This document shows positions 38,832-48,691 of a DNA stretch of 64,000 bases, one piece after another. Within the stretch, counting starts at the first letter, position 1. Each line of letters begins with the position of its first letter. The notes under the pieces were generated by a model. It saw nothing but the letters and a program-made list of their open reading frames with translations, was not told the DNA's origin and did not search any database. Source of the stretch: a virus (lineage: Duplodnaviria > Caudoviricetes); the IMG/VR virus record IMGVR_UViG_3300014204_000162, positions 14,576-78,575 of that record; one strand, 5' to 3'. The translations under genes and the position numbers were made by a program.

Positions 38832-40676
38832 ATGGCAACAGCACGTGAGTTGACTTGGAAATTAGGATGGCAGATATCAAACGGACCGATAAAACAAGCG
38901 GACCAGGCAACAGATGATTTAACCGGAAAAGTTAATAAACTTGGCAAAGAGACGCAAGGGCTTGGGAGTAAGGCCAAAACGGGGTTTGGTGGGTTTGGCT
39001 CAGCTATAAAAGCAGGATTAGGCATTTTTACGGGCATGAGCATAGGTAGCATGATTAAAGATACCTTCCAAACAGGGATAAAATGGGGATGGGAATTTGA
39101 CAGCACTATGCAACAGAATCAAATAGCCTTTGAAAGTATGCTAGGGAGTACGGATAAAGCAAAAAGTATGCTGAGTACACTACAAACAATGGCTGCAAAA
39201 ACGCCTTTTGAGTTTCCAGAACTTGCAACATCAGCTAAGAAAATGCTTGCATTTGGCTTTGAAGCTGATAAGATACCTGGAATATTAACAAATATTGGAG
39301 ATGCAGCAAGCGGATTATCGTTAGGTTCGGCAGGGGTAGATAGAATTTCGCTTGCTCTTGGCCAGATGAAAGCAAAAGGGAAAATTTCTGGGGAAGAGAT
39401 TCGCCAACTTACAGAAACCGGAATACCTGCTATACAGATATTAGCGGATAAATTTGGCATAAGTACAGCACAGGCAACAGAATTTGCTTCAAAAGGTATA
39501 CTCCCTGTGAATGAATCTTTGGATGCACTAATTTCCGGAATGGAAGACCGTTTCCCTAATGCTATGGACAAACAGTCAAAATCATTCTCTGGCTTGATGT
39601 CAACACTTAAAGACAATACGCAAATGGCTTTAGGCAAAGTAATGAAACCTCTATTTGACGATTTGACAAATAATACATTGCCAGGGCTAATAAACAAAAC
39701 ACAGGAGTTTTCAGACACCTATCAACAGACAGGGGATTTATTTGGATCGCTAAAAAAAGTTATTGGAGAAGCATTTGGCCCCAATACGGCAGAAGCTATA
39801 GATATAGTAAAAGGTGCTTTTGATGGGTTAAAGGATGCCGTAGGGTTTGTATCGGACAACTTCAATGTGTTTGGGCCAATTTTGGCTGGTGTAGTGTTTG
39901 ATATAACTGCTATGGAGGTAATTGGTATAGTAACGGGACTAATGGAAACGTGGGAGGCTTCAACATTCGCCCAAACATTAGCGCAGGAAGGTTTAAACGC
40001 AGCACTAATGAGTAATCCTATAGGGTTAGTCGTCGGACTAATAGGGCTTGCAGTAGTCGCAGGAATAGCTCTTTACCAAAACTGGGATACAGTATCAGCA
40101 CATTTAAGCAGCGCATGGGAGAGCATAAAAAATAATTTTACGATAGGTGTAAACTTTGTTATCGACAAAATTGATTGGCTTATTAACAAATTAAATAAAA
40201 TACCAGGCGTTGAAATACCTCTTATTTCTAGGTTGGAGGAAAAGGTATCTCCAGGTAAGCAGATAGATCATGGCATGACGGAAAGTACAAGTATCGTACC
40301 GACGCAAAACACTGACATAATGGGTACTGGATTAGCACAAACAATCGGTATCAGAGGGGCTGCAACAGGAGGTACTATACTTGGTTCAGGCGCATATTTA
40401 ACCGGTGAAAACGGCCCGGAAATAATTACCGATACCCCAGGGGCAACAGTTATCCCTAACAAACAAACACAGCAAATATTGAGTGCAACAAACAACAATA
40501 CAAACAGTTCTCCTGTTTTTCAAATGGCGCCTATAAGTATCAGCGTTAGCGGTGCAGGGCAACCGACAGAAGTAGCACAAGAAGTTAAGAAAGTCTTAGG
40601 TGAAGAATTATACCAGATGCTGGAGGATTACTTCTATAAATTAAGCGTAAAGACTCCAATGCCAGCAGAACGGTAA
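38832..40676 (+). CDS. tape measure protein
   Basis: AAKTPFEFPEL, QMKAKGK.SGEEIRQL tape-measure motif; amphipathic repeats; C-terminal GENGPE. Confidence 0.92.
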   Translation: MATARELTWKLGWQISNGPIKQADQATDDLTGKVNKLGKETQGLGSKAKTGFGGFGSAIKAGLGIFTGMSIGSMIKDTFQTGIKWGWEFDSTMQQNQIAFESMLGSTDKAKSMLSTLQTMAAKTPFEFPELATSAKKMLAFGFEADKIPGILTNIGDAASGLSLGSAGVDRISLALGQMKAKGKISGEEIRQLTETGIPAIQILADKFGISTAQATEFASKGILPVNESLDALISGMEDRFPNAMDKQSKSFSGLMSTLKDNTQMALGKVMKPLFDDLTNNTLPGLINKTQEFSDTYQQTGDLFGSLKKVIGEAFGPNTAEAIDIVKGAFDGLKDAVGFVSDNFNVFGPILAGVVFDITAMEVIGIVTGLMETWEASTFAQTLAQEGLNAALMSNPIGLVVGLIGLAVVAGIALYQNWDTVSAHLSSAWESIKNNFTIGVNFVIDKIDWLINKLNKIPGVEIPLISRLEEKVSPGKQIDHGMTESTSIVPTQNTDIMGTGLAQTIGIRGAATGGTILGSGAYLTGENGPEIITDTPGATVIPNKQTQQILSATNNNTNSSPVFQMAPISISVSGAGQPTEVAQEVKKVLGEELYQMLEDYFYKLSVKTPMPAER

Positions 40677-40678
40677 TA

Positions 40679-40726
40679 TTTAGGCATATTGTATGATAAA
40701 TACCATAGATGTATAATATGCCTAAA
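40679..40726 (+). promoter_or_regulatory. moron promoter enclosed by 12-bp inverted repeat
   Basis: TTGTAT-17-TATAAT at 40689-40717; arms TTTAGGCATATT/AATATGCCTAAA. Confidence 0.7.
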
Positions 40727-40747
40727 GGATATTTTAGGAGGGATTTT

Positions 40748-41452
40748 ATGGTCTGTAAAAAATGTGGCACTGAGTATAAAGAAGGAGACAAATTTTGCAG
40801 TAAATGCGGTCAATTAGTTGATCAAAGCAACGACAAGGTGAATACTAAATTACCTCATAAAAAAAGCGGTAAGAAAACAATTGCTGTAATTTGTTTCTGG
40901 TTAATTTTTGCATGTATTGCATTAATAATCGGGATCTCAATTTTAAGTAGCAGCGACAAAAAAAGCTCTGCAAACAATGCAACATCTAACTCAAAAGCTA
41001 CCATAGCATCAGCAACACCGAAGCCAACAAAGCCGGCGGCACCGACAGATTTAAAAGGATTTTTGGAGTATACAGTAAAATATGATATTGGCGAAACGAC
41101 GAACCAAAAGAAACCAAAGTTGCATGATGTTTCTATAGGTGATGGAGAAATATTCCTAAACCTTAATGCTAATGACAGTTTTACAAATAGCATGATAATA
41201 AGTGAAATGAATGACGATATATTTAAAGTATTAAAAGCATTAGCACAAAAGGACTTTGATTACAAAAACATACTTGTTGCCGAATATATGATCTTGCAGG
41301 ATCAATATGGAAAAGAGTCTGATAACATGGTGTATAATGTGTCAATCAGCAAAGAAAATTTAAAAAAGATTGTTTGGGATAACATAACATTTTCTAATGT
41401 GCCTAAGTTTGCAGACCATGTATTTATACATCCGGTATTATTAAAGAAATAA
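40748..41452 (+). CDS. moron: zinc-ribbon plus transmembrane plus extracytoplasmic domain protein
   Basis: CKKCG...FCSKCG, one TM helix, S/T/P linker; own promoter and terminator. Confidence 0.75.
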   Translation: MVCKKCGTEYKEGDKFCSKCGQLVDQSNDKVNTKLPHKKSGKKTIAVICFWLIFACIALIIGISILSSSDKKSSANNATSNSKATIASATPKPTKPAAPTDLKGFLEYTVKYDIGETTNQKKPKLHDVSIGDGEIFLNLNANDSFTNSMIISEMNDDIFKVLKALAQKDFDYKNILVAEYMILQDQYGKESDNMVYNVSISKENLKKIVWDNITFSNVPKFADHVFIHPVLLKK

Positions 41453-41459
41453 TTATTTT

Positions 41460-41492
41460 AAGAAGCACTTTGTTTTCAAGAGTGCTTTTTTG
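41460..41492 (+). terminator. terminator
   Basis: aagcact...agtgctt hairpin followed by T-run. Confidence 0.7.
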
Positions 41493-41518
41493 ATGCCTAA
41501 AAATAAAGGGGCGATAAT

Positions 41519-42055
41519 ATGCCGAGGGCAATGTTAATGAGTGATGATGATGGAATCGAACTATCAGTTGTAGAGAATGAGGAACCATCGAGAGACAATC
41601 AAATAACCGATAATCCTGTTGAAAAGGGCGTAAATATAGCCGATCATGTAAAGCCGCAACCGCTTGAACTATCGTTAAGCGGTGAAATAATAGGGGCAGA
41701 CGCACAGGAGAAAGAAGATAAACTCATAAAGTTTAGGGATGAAGGTACAATATTAACCTATGTAGGGCGAAACACTTATTTTAACATGGTTATTGCAAGT
41801 TCGGGCATACCTAAAAGCAAAGATATAGGCAATGGCTTTAAATTCAGCCTTAAACTCAAACAGATAAGAATAGCAGAACTTGAATTTGTTGACCTTACAA
41901 ATGTTCCTATACCAGCAAGACCAAAGAAAAGTACGGGCAAACAAACTGCAAAAATAGCAAATACTGCAAAACAGGCAGAATTAGCATTAAAATATAATGC
42001 TACAAAGAAAACAGAGAGTCAAAATGATGTCGCATGGAATAGTGGAAATAGATAG
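41519..42055 (+). CDS. baseplate / tail-tube initiator protein
   Basis: ITDNPVEKG.NIADHV...P.ELSLSG motif; after tape measure. Confidence 0.75.
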   Translation: MPRAMLMSDDDGIELSVVENEEPSRDNQITDNPVEKGVNIADHVKPQPLELSLSGEIIGADAQEKEDKLIKFRDEGTILTYVGRNTYFNMVIASSGIPKSKDIGNGFKFSLKLKQIRIAELEFVDLTNVPIPARPKKSTGKQTAKIANTAKQAELALKYNATKKTESQNDVAWNSGNR

Positions 42056-42129
42056 GAGGAAGCTTTAATTATCAAAAGCATAGACAAATATGCTCATATG
42101 TGGTAATATATACTCAGGGAGGGACGCAT

Positions 42130-42324
42130 ATGAGTAATTATAAACCAAAAGAATTTGCCAAAATGATAGGAATATCCGTAAGAACACTCCAGCGTTGGGA
42201 CAGAGAAGGAAAATTAATTGCCTTTAGAACTCCGACTAATAGAAGATACTATACTGATGAGCATTTACAACAATTTAATAAAGGGAGGAAAGAAATTTGC
42301 TCAGAGCTTACAAAACAGAAATAA
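42130..42324 (+). pseudogene. tnpA: IS607 TnpA fragment (MerR-type HTH only)
   Basis: YKPKEFAKMIGISVRTLQRWDREGKL..RTPTNRRYY; no serine-recombinase catalytic domain follows. Confidence 0.8.
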
Positions 42325-43472
42325 ATCCATCCTCTGAGCAAATTCAGAGGATTAATCAAACAATAGGTGTATGTAGGTTTATCTATAATTTCTATCTTGG
42401 ACACAATAAAAAAGTTTATGAAAAAGAAAAACGATTTGTTTCAGGTATGGATTTTTCTAAATGGCTGAATAATGAGTTTATTCCTAATAATTCTGAATAT
42501 AGTTGGATTAAAGAAGTGTCGAGTAAAGCAGTTAAACAATCTATTATGAATGGAGAAAAAGCTTTTAAGAGATTTTTTAAGAAACAAAGTAGGTTTCCAA
42601 AATTTAAGAAAAAGAAAAATCAAGATGTAAAAGCGTATTTCCCTAAAAATAATAAAACTGATTGGACTGTGGAAAGACACAGAATAAAGATACCTACTAT
42701 TGGATGGGTAAAATTAAAAGAATTTGGATATATACCGGTCAAAGATAATATTACAAGTGGCACAATATCACAGAAAGCAGGAAGATATTATGTTTCAGTT
42801 TTAGTAGATGAAGATATTCAAATTCAAAATAATAATACCAATCAAGGAATAGGTATAGACCTAGGAATAAAAGATTTAGCTATATGTTCAACTATAGAAA
42901 AACCATATAAAAATATAAATAAAACAAAAAAAGTTAGAAAATTAGAAAAGAAATTAAAACGAGAACAGAGAAAACTTTCAAGGGAATATGAGAGTTTAAA
43001 AGTAAGAAATAAAAATATTAAAAAAGAAGGAGGAATTGCTACTAGGCAAAATATCCGAAAACAAGTAGTACAGGTACAAAAACTTCATCAAAAACTTGCT
43101 AACATTAGAGAGAATTATGTTAATCAGGTTATAAATAATATAGTGAAAACCAAACCTTCATTTATAACAATAGAAGATTTAAATGTTAGAGGAATGATGA
43201 AGAATAGGCATTTAGCAAGAGCAATTGCACAGCAGGGTTTTAGTACATTTAGGACAAAACTTCAATATAAATGTATGCTCAATGGAATAGAATTGAGAAT
43301 TGTTGATAGATTCTACCCGTCAAGTAAAACATGCAGCGAATGTGGAGCAATAAACACTACATTGAAGTTATCAGATAGAACTTATGTATGTAAAGAATGT
43401 GGTTGCATAATTGATAGAGACAAAAATGCTTCAATTAATCTTGCTAATGCAAAAACATACAAAATAGCATAA
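42297..43472 (+). CDS. tnpB: RNA-guided endonuclease TnpB
   Basis: RuvC D (GIDLG), E (IEDL), D (DRDKNASINL); Zn finger CSECG...CKECG. Confidence 0.95.
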   Translation: MLRAYKTEINPSSEQIQRINQTIGVCRFIYNFYLGHNKKVYEKEKRFVSGMDFSKWLNNEFIPNNSEYSWIKEVSSKAVKQSIMNGEKAFKRFFKKQSRFPKFKKKKNQDVKAYFPKNNKTDWTVERHRIKIPTIGWVKLKEFGYIPVKDNITSGTISQKAGRYYVSVLVDEDIQIQNNNTNQGIGIDLGIKDLAICSTIEKPYKNINKTKKVRKLEKKLKREQRKLSREYESLKVRNKNIKKEGGIATRQNIRKQVVQVQKLHQKLANIRENYVNQVINNIVKTKPSFITIEDLNVRGMMKNRHLARAIAQQGFSTFRTKLQYKCMLNGIELRIVDRFYPSSKTCSECGAINTTLKLSDRTYVCKECGCIIDRDKNASINLANAKTYKIA

Positions 43473-43655
43473 TCAAGCTAATGTATGTATGTACCGTGGG
43501 CTACACGGGAATTTAAGCCTTTGGAGTGTTGAATAAAACTGTAGTAGGATTTATCAGTAAGATTTATCCAAGGCAGAACACGTTGAAAAAGGAATTTTCT
43601 CAATATGGGTATATTTGCCCATATTTTGAGTGGCAGCTGAAGATATGGACTATAT
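43473..43655 (+). ncRNA. putative TnpB omega RNA (right-end scaffold plus flanking guide)
   Basis: noncoding right end downstream of tnpB; position follows established TnpB biology. Confidence 0.55.
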
Positions 43656-44004
43656 TGACATAGACACATCAAAAATACCATATCAATTTGATATAAAACT
43701 AGATGGCAATACTTATACATTTGATGTAAAGTACAACAATGCGTTTGACTACTTCACAGTTGATTTATACAAGCAAGGGAAATTGCTTGTATATGGTGAA
43801 AAAATAGTAATTGGCAGGCCTATGTTTGATGTTACATCTAAAACAACTGACGGTATAACAACTATAATACCAAAGACATCTGATTATCCCAAAATGATAA
43901 TTATGCCGTATGATCTTCCACACAAGGAAACGCGCGTAACCTTTGATAATCTAGGGGTTACTGTATTTCTATATATTATAACTGAGGATGATTTAAATGC
44001 CTAA
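43645..44004 (+). CDS. baseplate protein
   Basis: YIDID.SKIPYQFDIKLDG.TYTFDVKYN...D.FTVDL motif; ATG 43645 (GTG 43630 lies in IS end). Confidence 0.75.
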   Translation: MDYIDIDTSKIPYQFDIKLDGNTYTFDVKYNNAFDYFTVDLYKQGKLLVYGEKIVIGRPMFDVTSKTTDGITTIIPKTSDYPKMIIMPYDLPHKETRVTFDNLGVTVFLYIITEDDLNA

Positions 44005-44126
44005 ATATGGTATAATATATATGTAGCTTGATGATATTCTGTAGGCGTATAGATTATTCATGACGGGGGCTGCCTTGCCCCCTGCTATAAATATTAAACA
44101 AGGCAAATACGAAAGGCGGTATTAAT

Positions 44127-44462
44127 ATGAACGATGTTACAATTGAGAAAGTAAAGGAAATGGCCCACGATGAATATATGAACGCTTTGAACACAAAAAT
44201 AAATAGATTGGGTGGTTTAATTACAACCCAAAGAGCAGAAAACAACGAACCGAAAATAACCAGAGAACAATTGCAAGAACTAACAGACGAACAGAGGATG
44301 CAAGTTAAAGATTTGCTTAAAATTGATGAATTGGAATTTTTAACAGTAGCACAACTGAAAACTATTGTATTAAAAAAGAATATTTTTATTCCAAACTCTA
44401 TTGTTAATAATGATGTTGAATTGTGTGGTTTATTATGGCACATAGTAAAAGAGGTGTTATAA
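44127..44462 (+). CDS. moron hypothetical protein
   Basis: own extended -10 (TGGTATAAT at 44008-44016); not structural-like. Confidence 0.6.
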   Translation: MNDVTIEKVKEMAHDEYMNALNTKINRLGGLITTQRAENNEPKITREQLQELTDEQRMQVKDLLKIDELEFLTVAQLKTIVLKKNIFIPNSIVNNDVELCGLLWHIVKEVL

Positions 44463-44463
44463 G

Positions 44464-44775
44464 ATGATAAAAATTATTGGCATTATTGACGAATCTATAA
44501 TACCTTATCTAGATGGCAAAACAAATATTATAAAAGAAAAGCATCAACCCAAAAGAGAGGCTGTTATTATATCCGAATGTGAATTAACTATGGAAGAAGC
44601 AGAGAAAAAATTTAAAGATGATCTTGGGATTGAAGTATCAAGAGTTGTCTTTTTAAAACTGGATTTTTTTGAAGCTTGGAGAGTTGCGAGCGATTATATA
44701 AAAACAAAACATTTTGAGAATTTAAGTTTTGCAGAAAAACACCAGTTTATGCAAAAATATAACATTAGATGCTGA
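44464..44775 (+). CDS. moron hypothetical protein
   Basis: coupled to previous ORF; terminator at about 44828-44855. Confidence 0.6.
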   Translation: MIKIIGIIDESIIPYLDGKTNIIKEKHQPKREAVIISECELTMEEAEKKFKDDLGIEVSRVVFLKLDFFEAWRVASDYIKTKHFENLSFAEKHQFMQKYNIRC

Positions 44776-44882
44776 TAATTTGGTAGCAATATATCAATTA
44801 AATAAAATGTTTGACTTAATTTCGGTCAAGAGCACTCTTAACAGGGTGCTTTTTTAATGCCTAAAAATAGGGGTGATATAAC

Positions 44883-45692
44883 ATGCCTAAACTTTTTATA
44901 AGGCAGACAGAAGTATTAGTTGCAGGTATAAAGTTTGCCGAACCCAACTATACAATAAATTTTAAGACAAATTTCGATTATGACGAAGACCCAAACGAGG
45001 GAGAAATTGAGATATTAAACCTAACCAACGACACAATAAGCAAAATTGAGAAGGGACAGGACATAATTCTAAACGCCGGATATAAGGACGATGTCGGGAC
45101 AATATTCGCCGGAGCTATTGAAAAGGCTGAACTAAAAGTCAATTTTCCTGATAGGACACTAAAGATAAGTGCTTATGAAGCTTCAGAAAGCTATTTAAAT
45201 ACGAACATAAGCAAGTCATATACAGCAGGTACTAAAGCTTCTTACATTATAAAGGACTTATTAGGCACTGTAGGGCTTGAAATAGGCTATTTCCAATTGA
45301 GTAATGATATTACATATCTAAGTGGCAAAATTGTTTCTGGAAGCCTTAGAAACGCAATAAGGGACATTGTGATAAATGATTGTAGTTCAAAAATTTACAT
45401 TACAAACGGTGCAGTAATAGTTAGACCTGACGGCACAGGGAATGATATTGGATTTGTTTTAAACAGTGATACAGGTTTGATAGAGTCGCCATCCAAAATA
45501 GATAAACAGTCTACAGATGGGGTTGATACCGCTGATTATTCGGTTAAATGCCTATTAAATCATAGGGTAAGGACAGATAGCATATTTCAAATTGAGTCAA
45601 GGACGGCTAATGGCCTTTTTAGAGTGAACAAAGGGTATCACCAAAAAACTGACAGTGACTTTATAACTTACACAGAGGTGATAGCGGTATGA
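44883..45692 (+). CDS. baseplate hub protein
   Basis: EIEILNLTNDT, LNAGYKDD.G.IF.G, LNSDTGLIESP. Confidence 0.8.
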   Translation: MPKLFIRQTEVLVAGIKFAEPNYTINFKTNFDYDEDPNEGEIEILNLTNDTISKIEKGQDIILNAGYKDDVGTIFAGAIEKAELKVNFPDRTLKISAYEASESYLNTNISKSYTAGTKASYIIKDLLGTVGLEIGYFQLSNDITYLSGKIVSGSLRNAIRDIVINDCSSKIYITNGAVIVRPDGTGNDIGFVLNSDTGLIESPSKIDKQSTDGVDTADYSVKCLLNHRVRTDSIFQIESRTANGLFRVNKGYHQKTDSDFITYTEVIAV

Positions 45693-46069
45693 GTGAAGCA
45701 GAAAAGTATTTTAGAAAAGTTATAGAAGGCAGAGTAACAGAAATTCATACAACTATGCCATGCAGGATTGAAAGTTTTAATGAGGTGACGTTTACAGCAA
45801 AGATAGTACCACTTTTTAAGGTAAAGTTTAAAGACCAACAAGCTATTGATAGACCACCGATTGAAAATGTACCAGTGCTACGACAGAAAAGGAAAAGCGG
45901 CGATATTATAACAATTGAAACACCCTATTATGAACCAGGAGATATTGTCCTGGTTATTTTTATGGAGAGGGCCATGGATATGGTACAAGGTAATTCAACA
46001 GTAGATCCAAAGTACAGCCGTAAACATGCACTCGAAGATGCTGTAATCATTGGCTACCTGGGAGGCTGA
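45689..46069 (+). CDS. baseplate spike / Gp138-N-like protein
   Basis: IHTTMPCRIESF, PYYEPGDIVLVIF.ER, HALEDAVI. Confidence 0.8.
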   Translation: MSEAEKYFRKVIEGRVTEIHTTMPCRIESFNEVTFTAKIVPLFKVKFKDQQAIDRPPIENVPVLRQKRKSGDIITIETPYYEPGDIVLVIFMERAMDMVQGNSTVDPKYSRKHALEDAVIIGYLGG

Positions 46070-46077
46070 TTTAAAAA

Positions 46078-46443
46078 ATGTATACTTTTAAGATTGATGA
46101 TACTGGAGACATAACATTTGACGGGCAAAACAGCATTGTATTGGTAGAAGATAAAGACGAACAGGCACAAGCTGTAAAGACGCGAATGTCAACTAATAAA
46201 GGTGAGTGGTTTTTAAATACCCTGTACGGGCTTGCGTATAAGTATCTTCAAGTCAAAAACCCTGACTTATCTAGGATAAGGGCCGAAATATTGCGGACGT
46301 TTCAGCAAGAGACAAGAATAACCAAAGTTGACAGTCTAGTGCTTAATTTTAATAACAGTACAAGAAAGCTGACAATAAGTTTTGAACTTGCTATGGATGA
46401 TGGCAACACAGTTAAGGTTGGAAACGAGGTGATAACGGTATGA
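46078..46443 (+). CDS. baseplate gp25-like / DUF2634 protein
   Basis: QAVKTRMST.KGEWFLN..YG. Confidence 0.8.
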   Translation: MYTFKIDDTGDITFDGQNSIVLVEDKDEQAQAVKTRMSTNKGEWFLNTLYGLAYKYLQVKNPDLSRIRAEILRTFQQETRITKVDSLVLNFNNSTRKLTISFELAMDDGNTVKVGNEVITV

Positions 46444-47627
46444 GTTATGGACTGCTTACGACTGGTTTTAATCGGAAAACATATGAAACAGTAATAGAAG
46501 AAATGCAAGCAAGAGCGAAAAGTTTATATGGTAATGACGTTAACCTCGAAAATACCTCCCCTTTAGGAATGTTTATACAACTCACAGCTTATTTTTTAGC
46601 TTCAGGCGATACAGAGGACCCAGGATTATGGGAACTTGCGGAAGATGTATACAATTCTGGATATGTAGATACAGGAGAGGGGGAGTCACTCAACAAAGCT
46701 GTAAAGTATCAATCATTGACACGTCGAAAGGCTGAAAAGGCTACAGGGCAAATAACAATAACAGGTACAAACGGCACTGTAGTTGCGGCAGGCTTTTTAG
46801 GTGCTACAACAGGGGGCATACAATTTGCAACAATTGAGGCATTTACGATAGCAAGCGGTACAGCAACAGCCAATATAGAGGCCGTAAACGGTGGAGCAAA
46901 TACAAATGTGCCTGCAGGTACCATAACGGTGATTGTAAACCCAACCACAGGAGTAACAGCAATAACAAATGCAAGTACAACAACAGGCGGCTATGACGAG
47001 GAAACCGACGAGGAATTAAGGGATAGGTATTCTGCATTAAAGGCAGGCGCAAGCACAGCAGATTCTATCCGAGCAACATTACTTCAACTTACAGGCGTTA
47101 GGGATGCAATAGTAAGGGTTAATTATACAAATGGTACAGTTGGCGGCATACCCGCAAAGTCAATAGCACCTATAGTGTTAGGCGGTACAGATGCAAATAT
47201 TGCAGATGCAATTTTAAGCACAAAAGCTGCAGGCATACAAAGTTATGGAACCACAGAAGTATCAGCTACAGATTTATCAGGTAATATTGAAATAATAGGT
47301 TTTACAAGGCCGACAGAGATTAGCATATGGGTAAATGTCACGTTGACTACTAATAGTAGTTTTCCTTCAGATGGCAACGCACAGGTTAAAACAGCCATAA
47401 TAACGTACATCGGTGGTCAGGACGCAGATGCCGCAGAGTATAACGGATTAGGTATTGATGATGATGTGATTTGGGCTAAATGTATATCAGCGGCAATGAC
47501 AATATCAGGTATAACAGATATAACACTGACATTGAGCACAGATGGAACAACATATACTGCTGCAAATATAGCGATAACCAACCTGCAGATTGCACGTACA
47601 GATTCAACTAAGGTGGTGATTGCGTAG
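46440..47627 (+). CDS. baseplate J-like wedge protein
   Basis: GGYDEETDEELRDR motif, GE.LN..V. Confidence 0.9.
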   Translation: MSYGLLTTGFNRKTYETVIEEMQARAKSLYGNDVNLENTSPLGMFIQLTAYFLASGDTEDPGLWELAEDVYNSGYVDTGEGESLNKAVKYQSLTRRKAEKATGQITITGTNGTVVAAGFLGATTGGIQFATIEAFTIASGTATANIEAVNGGANTNVPAGTITVIVNPTTGVTAITNASTTTGGYDEETDEELRDRYSALKAGASTADSIRATLLQLTGVRDAIVRVNYTNGTVGGIPAKSIAPIVLGGTDANIADAILSTKAAGIQSYGTTEVSATDLSGNIEIIGFTRPTEISIWVNVTLTTNSSFPSDGNAQVKTAIITYIGGQDADAAEYNGLGIDDDVIWAKCISAAMTISGITDITLTLSTDGTTYTAANIAITNLQIARTDSTKVVIA

Positions 47628-48364
47628 TGGGTTATTTTGAAAAGATGCTATCCAAGCTACCATCCGTCCTAAATAGCGAAGTAACAAGCAACAATGCAAA
47701 GCTTTTAAACATAATAACTGAGCAGATGGAAGAATTAAAGGAAGTTTATAAAAAGATTTTACTATATCGGGACATTGATTCAGCCGAAGGTGCAACACTT
47801 GACAGGATAGGGGTTAACGTTAATCAAACAAGAAATGGACTGGACGATAGAACCTATAGACTATTGCTTAAGACTAAAATACAGCAGAATATAAGCAAGG
47901 GCGACGTAAACACAATTATTGAGATTGCAGCCACATTGTTAAACATTGATTATACGGATATTTACGTAAAAAATTTAAAGGACATAAAACCCGATGCAGA
48001 ACCGGCGCATGTTGTTTTGTCTGCACCGCAGGATGCGTTTGAAGCCATAGGGGGTAAAATAACTACTAATATAGTCGCACCATATGCAGACATGGCGTAT
48101 GCAGATGAATTTCCCGACAGTTTTTTAGTACAACTTGAAACAATTGAAACGACATACAACCCAGATACAGAGGGATTAACCTTTAAATTCTTCTTAGAGT
48201 TTATGGAGAGTGTTGTCGCCGCAGGAATAGCATTATCAGCATGGAGTAGAGGGACAAAGCAAATACAATTTGAAACATCGAGTTTGGACACTGCCTACCT
48301 TGTACCTTATGCAGGGCAATTTCATTGCGGTATGTGGCCTGACTATGGCATACCAACTTTATAG
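47627..48364 (+). CDS. baseplate wedge protein (DUF2612/gpI-like)
   Basis: DIDSAEGATLDRIG...R.GLDD.TYR.LLK.KI. Confidence 0.8.
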   Translation: MGYFEKMLSKLPSVLNSEVTSNNAKLLNIITEQMEELKEVYKKILLYRDIDSAEGATLDRIGVNVNQTRNGLDDRTYRLLLKTKIQQNISKGDVNTIIEIAATLLNIDYTDIYVKNLKDIKPDAEPAHVVLSAPQDAFEAIGGKITTNIVAPYADMAYADEFPDSFLVQLETIETTYNPDTEGLTFKFFLEFMESVVAAGIALSAWSRGTKQIQFETSSLDTAYLVPYAGQFHCGMWPDYGIPTL

Positions 48365-48377
48365 GGGGTGTGAATAA

Positions 48378-48689
48378 ATGGTTGATATTACAACAGCAGG
48401 AATATTAAAGATTGCAAATGCAGTTAAAGCAACGTTCAGTACTTTTAAAGTGACTATTGACAGCATAGAAGAGACGGTACCAATTTTCAGCAACATAGTT
48501 GTAGATGGTACGACTATCAGAGTATCTTTGAACATTGTCTCAGAAGCGACAGCTAAGACAATAACACTTGTAAAGCTTATCGACAGCGACAGCAATATAT
48601 TTGCACAGGAAACCATGGACTTTGTAAAACCGGCAGGTAAGCCATGGTACAAGTCTTTTGACTTTAAAATAACAGCATTGGAGGTGTAA
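48378..48689 (+). CDS. baseplate/tail fibre attachment protein
   Basis: position after wedge genes. Confidence 0.55.
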   Translation: MVDITTAGILKIANAVKATFSTFKVTIDSIEETVPIFSNIVVDGTTIRVSLNIVSEATAKTITLVKLIDSDSNIFAQETMDFVKPAGKPWYKSFDFKITALEV

Positions 48690-48691
48690 TA

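Larger units (their letters stand above)
42061..43638 (+). mobile_element. IS607-family element (truncated tnpA plus tnpB)
   Basis: AGCT at both junctions (42061-42064, 43635-43638); inverted subterminal motifs GACAAATATGCTCATAT / ATATGGGTATATTTGCC; interrupts baseplate operon. Confidence 0.8.

Noticed and set aside
42056-42130. IStron (group I intron plus IS607)
   Set aside because: Only about 70 nt between the left junction and tnpA; no room for a group I intron core
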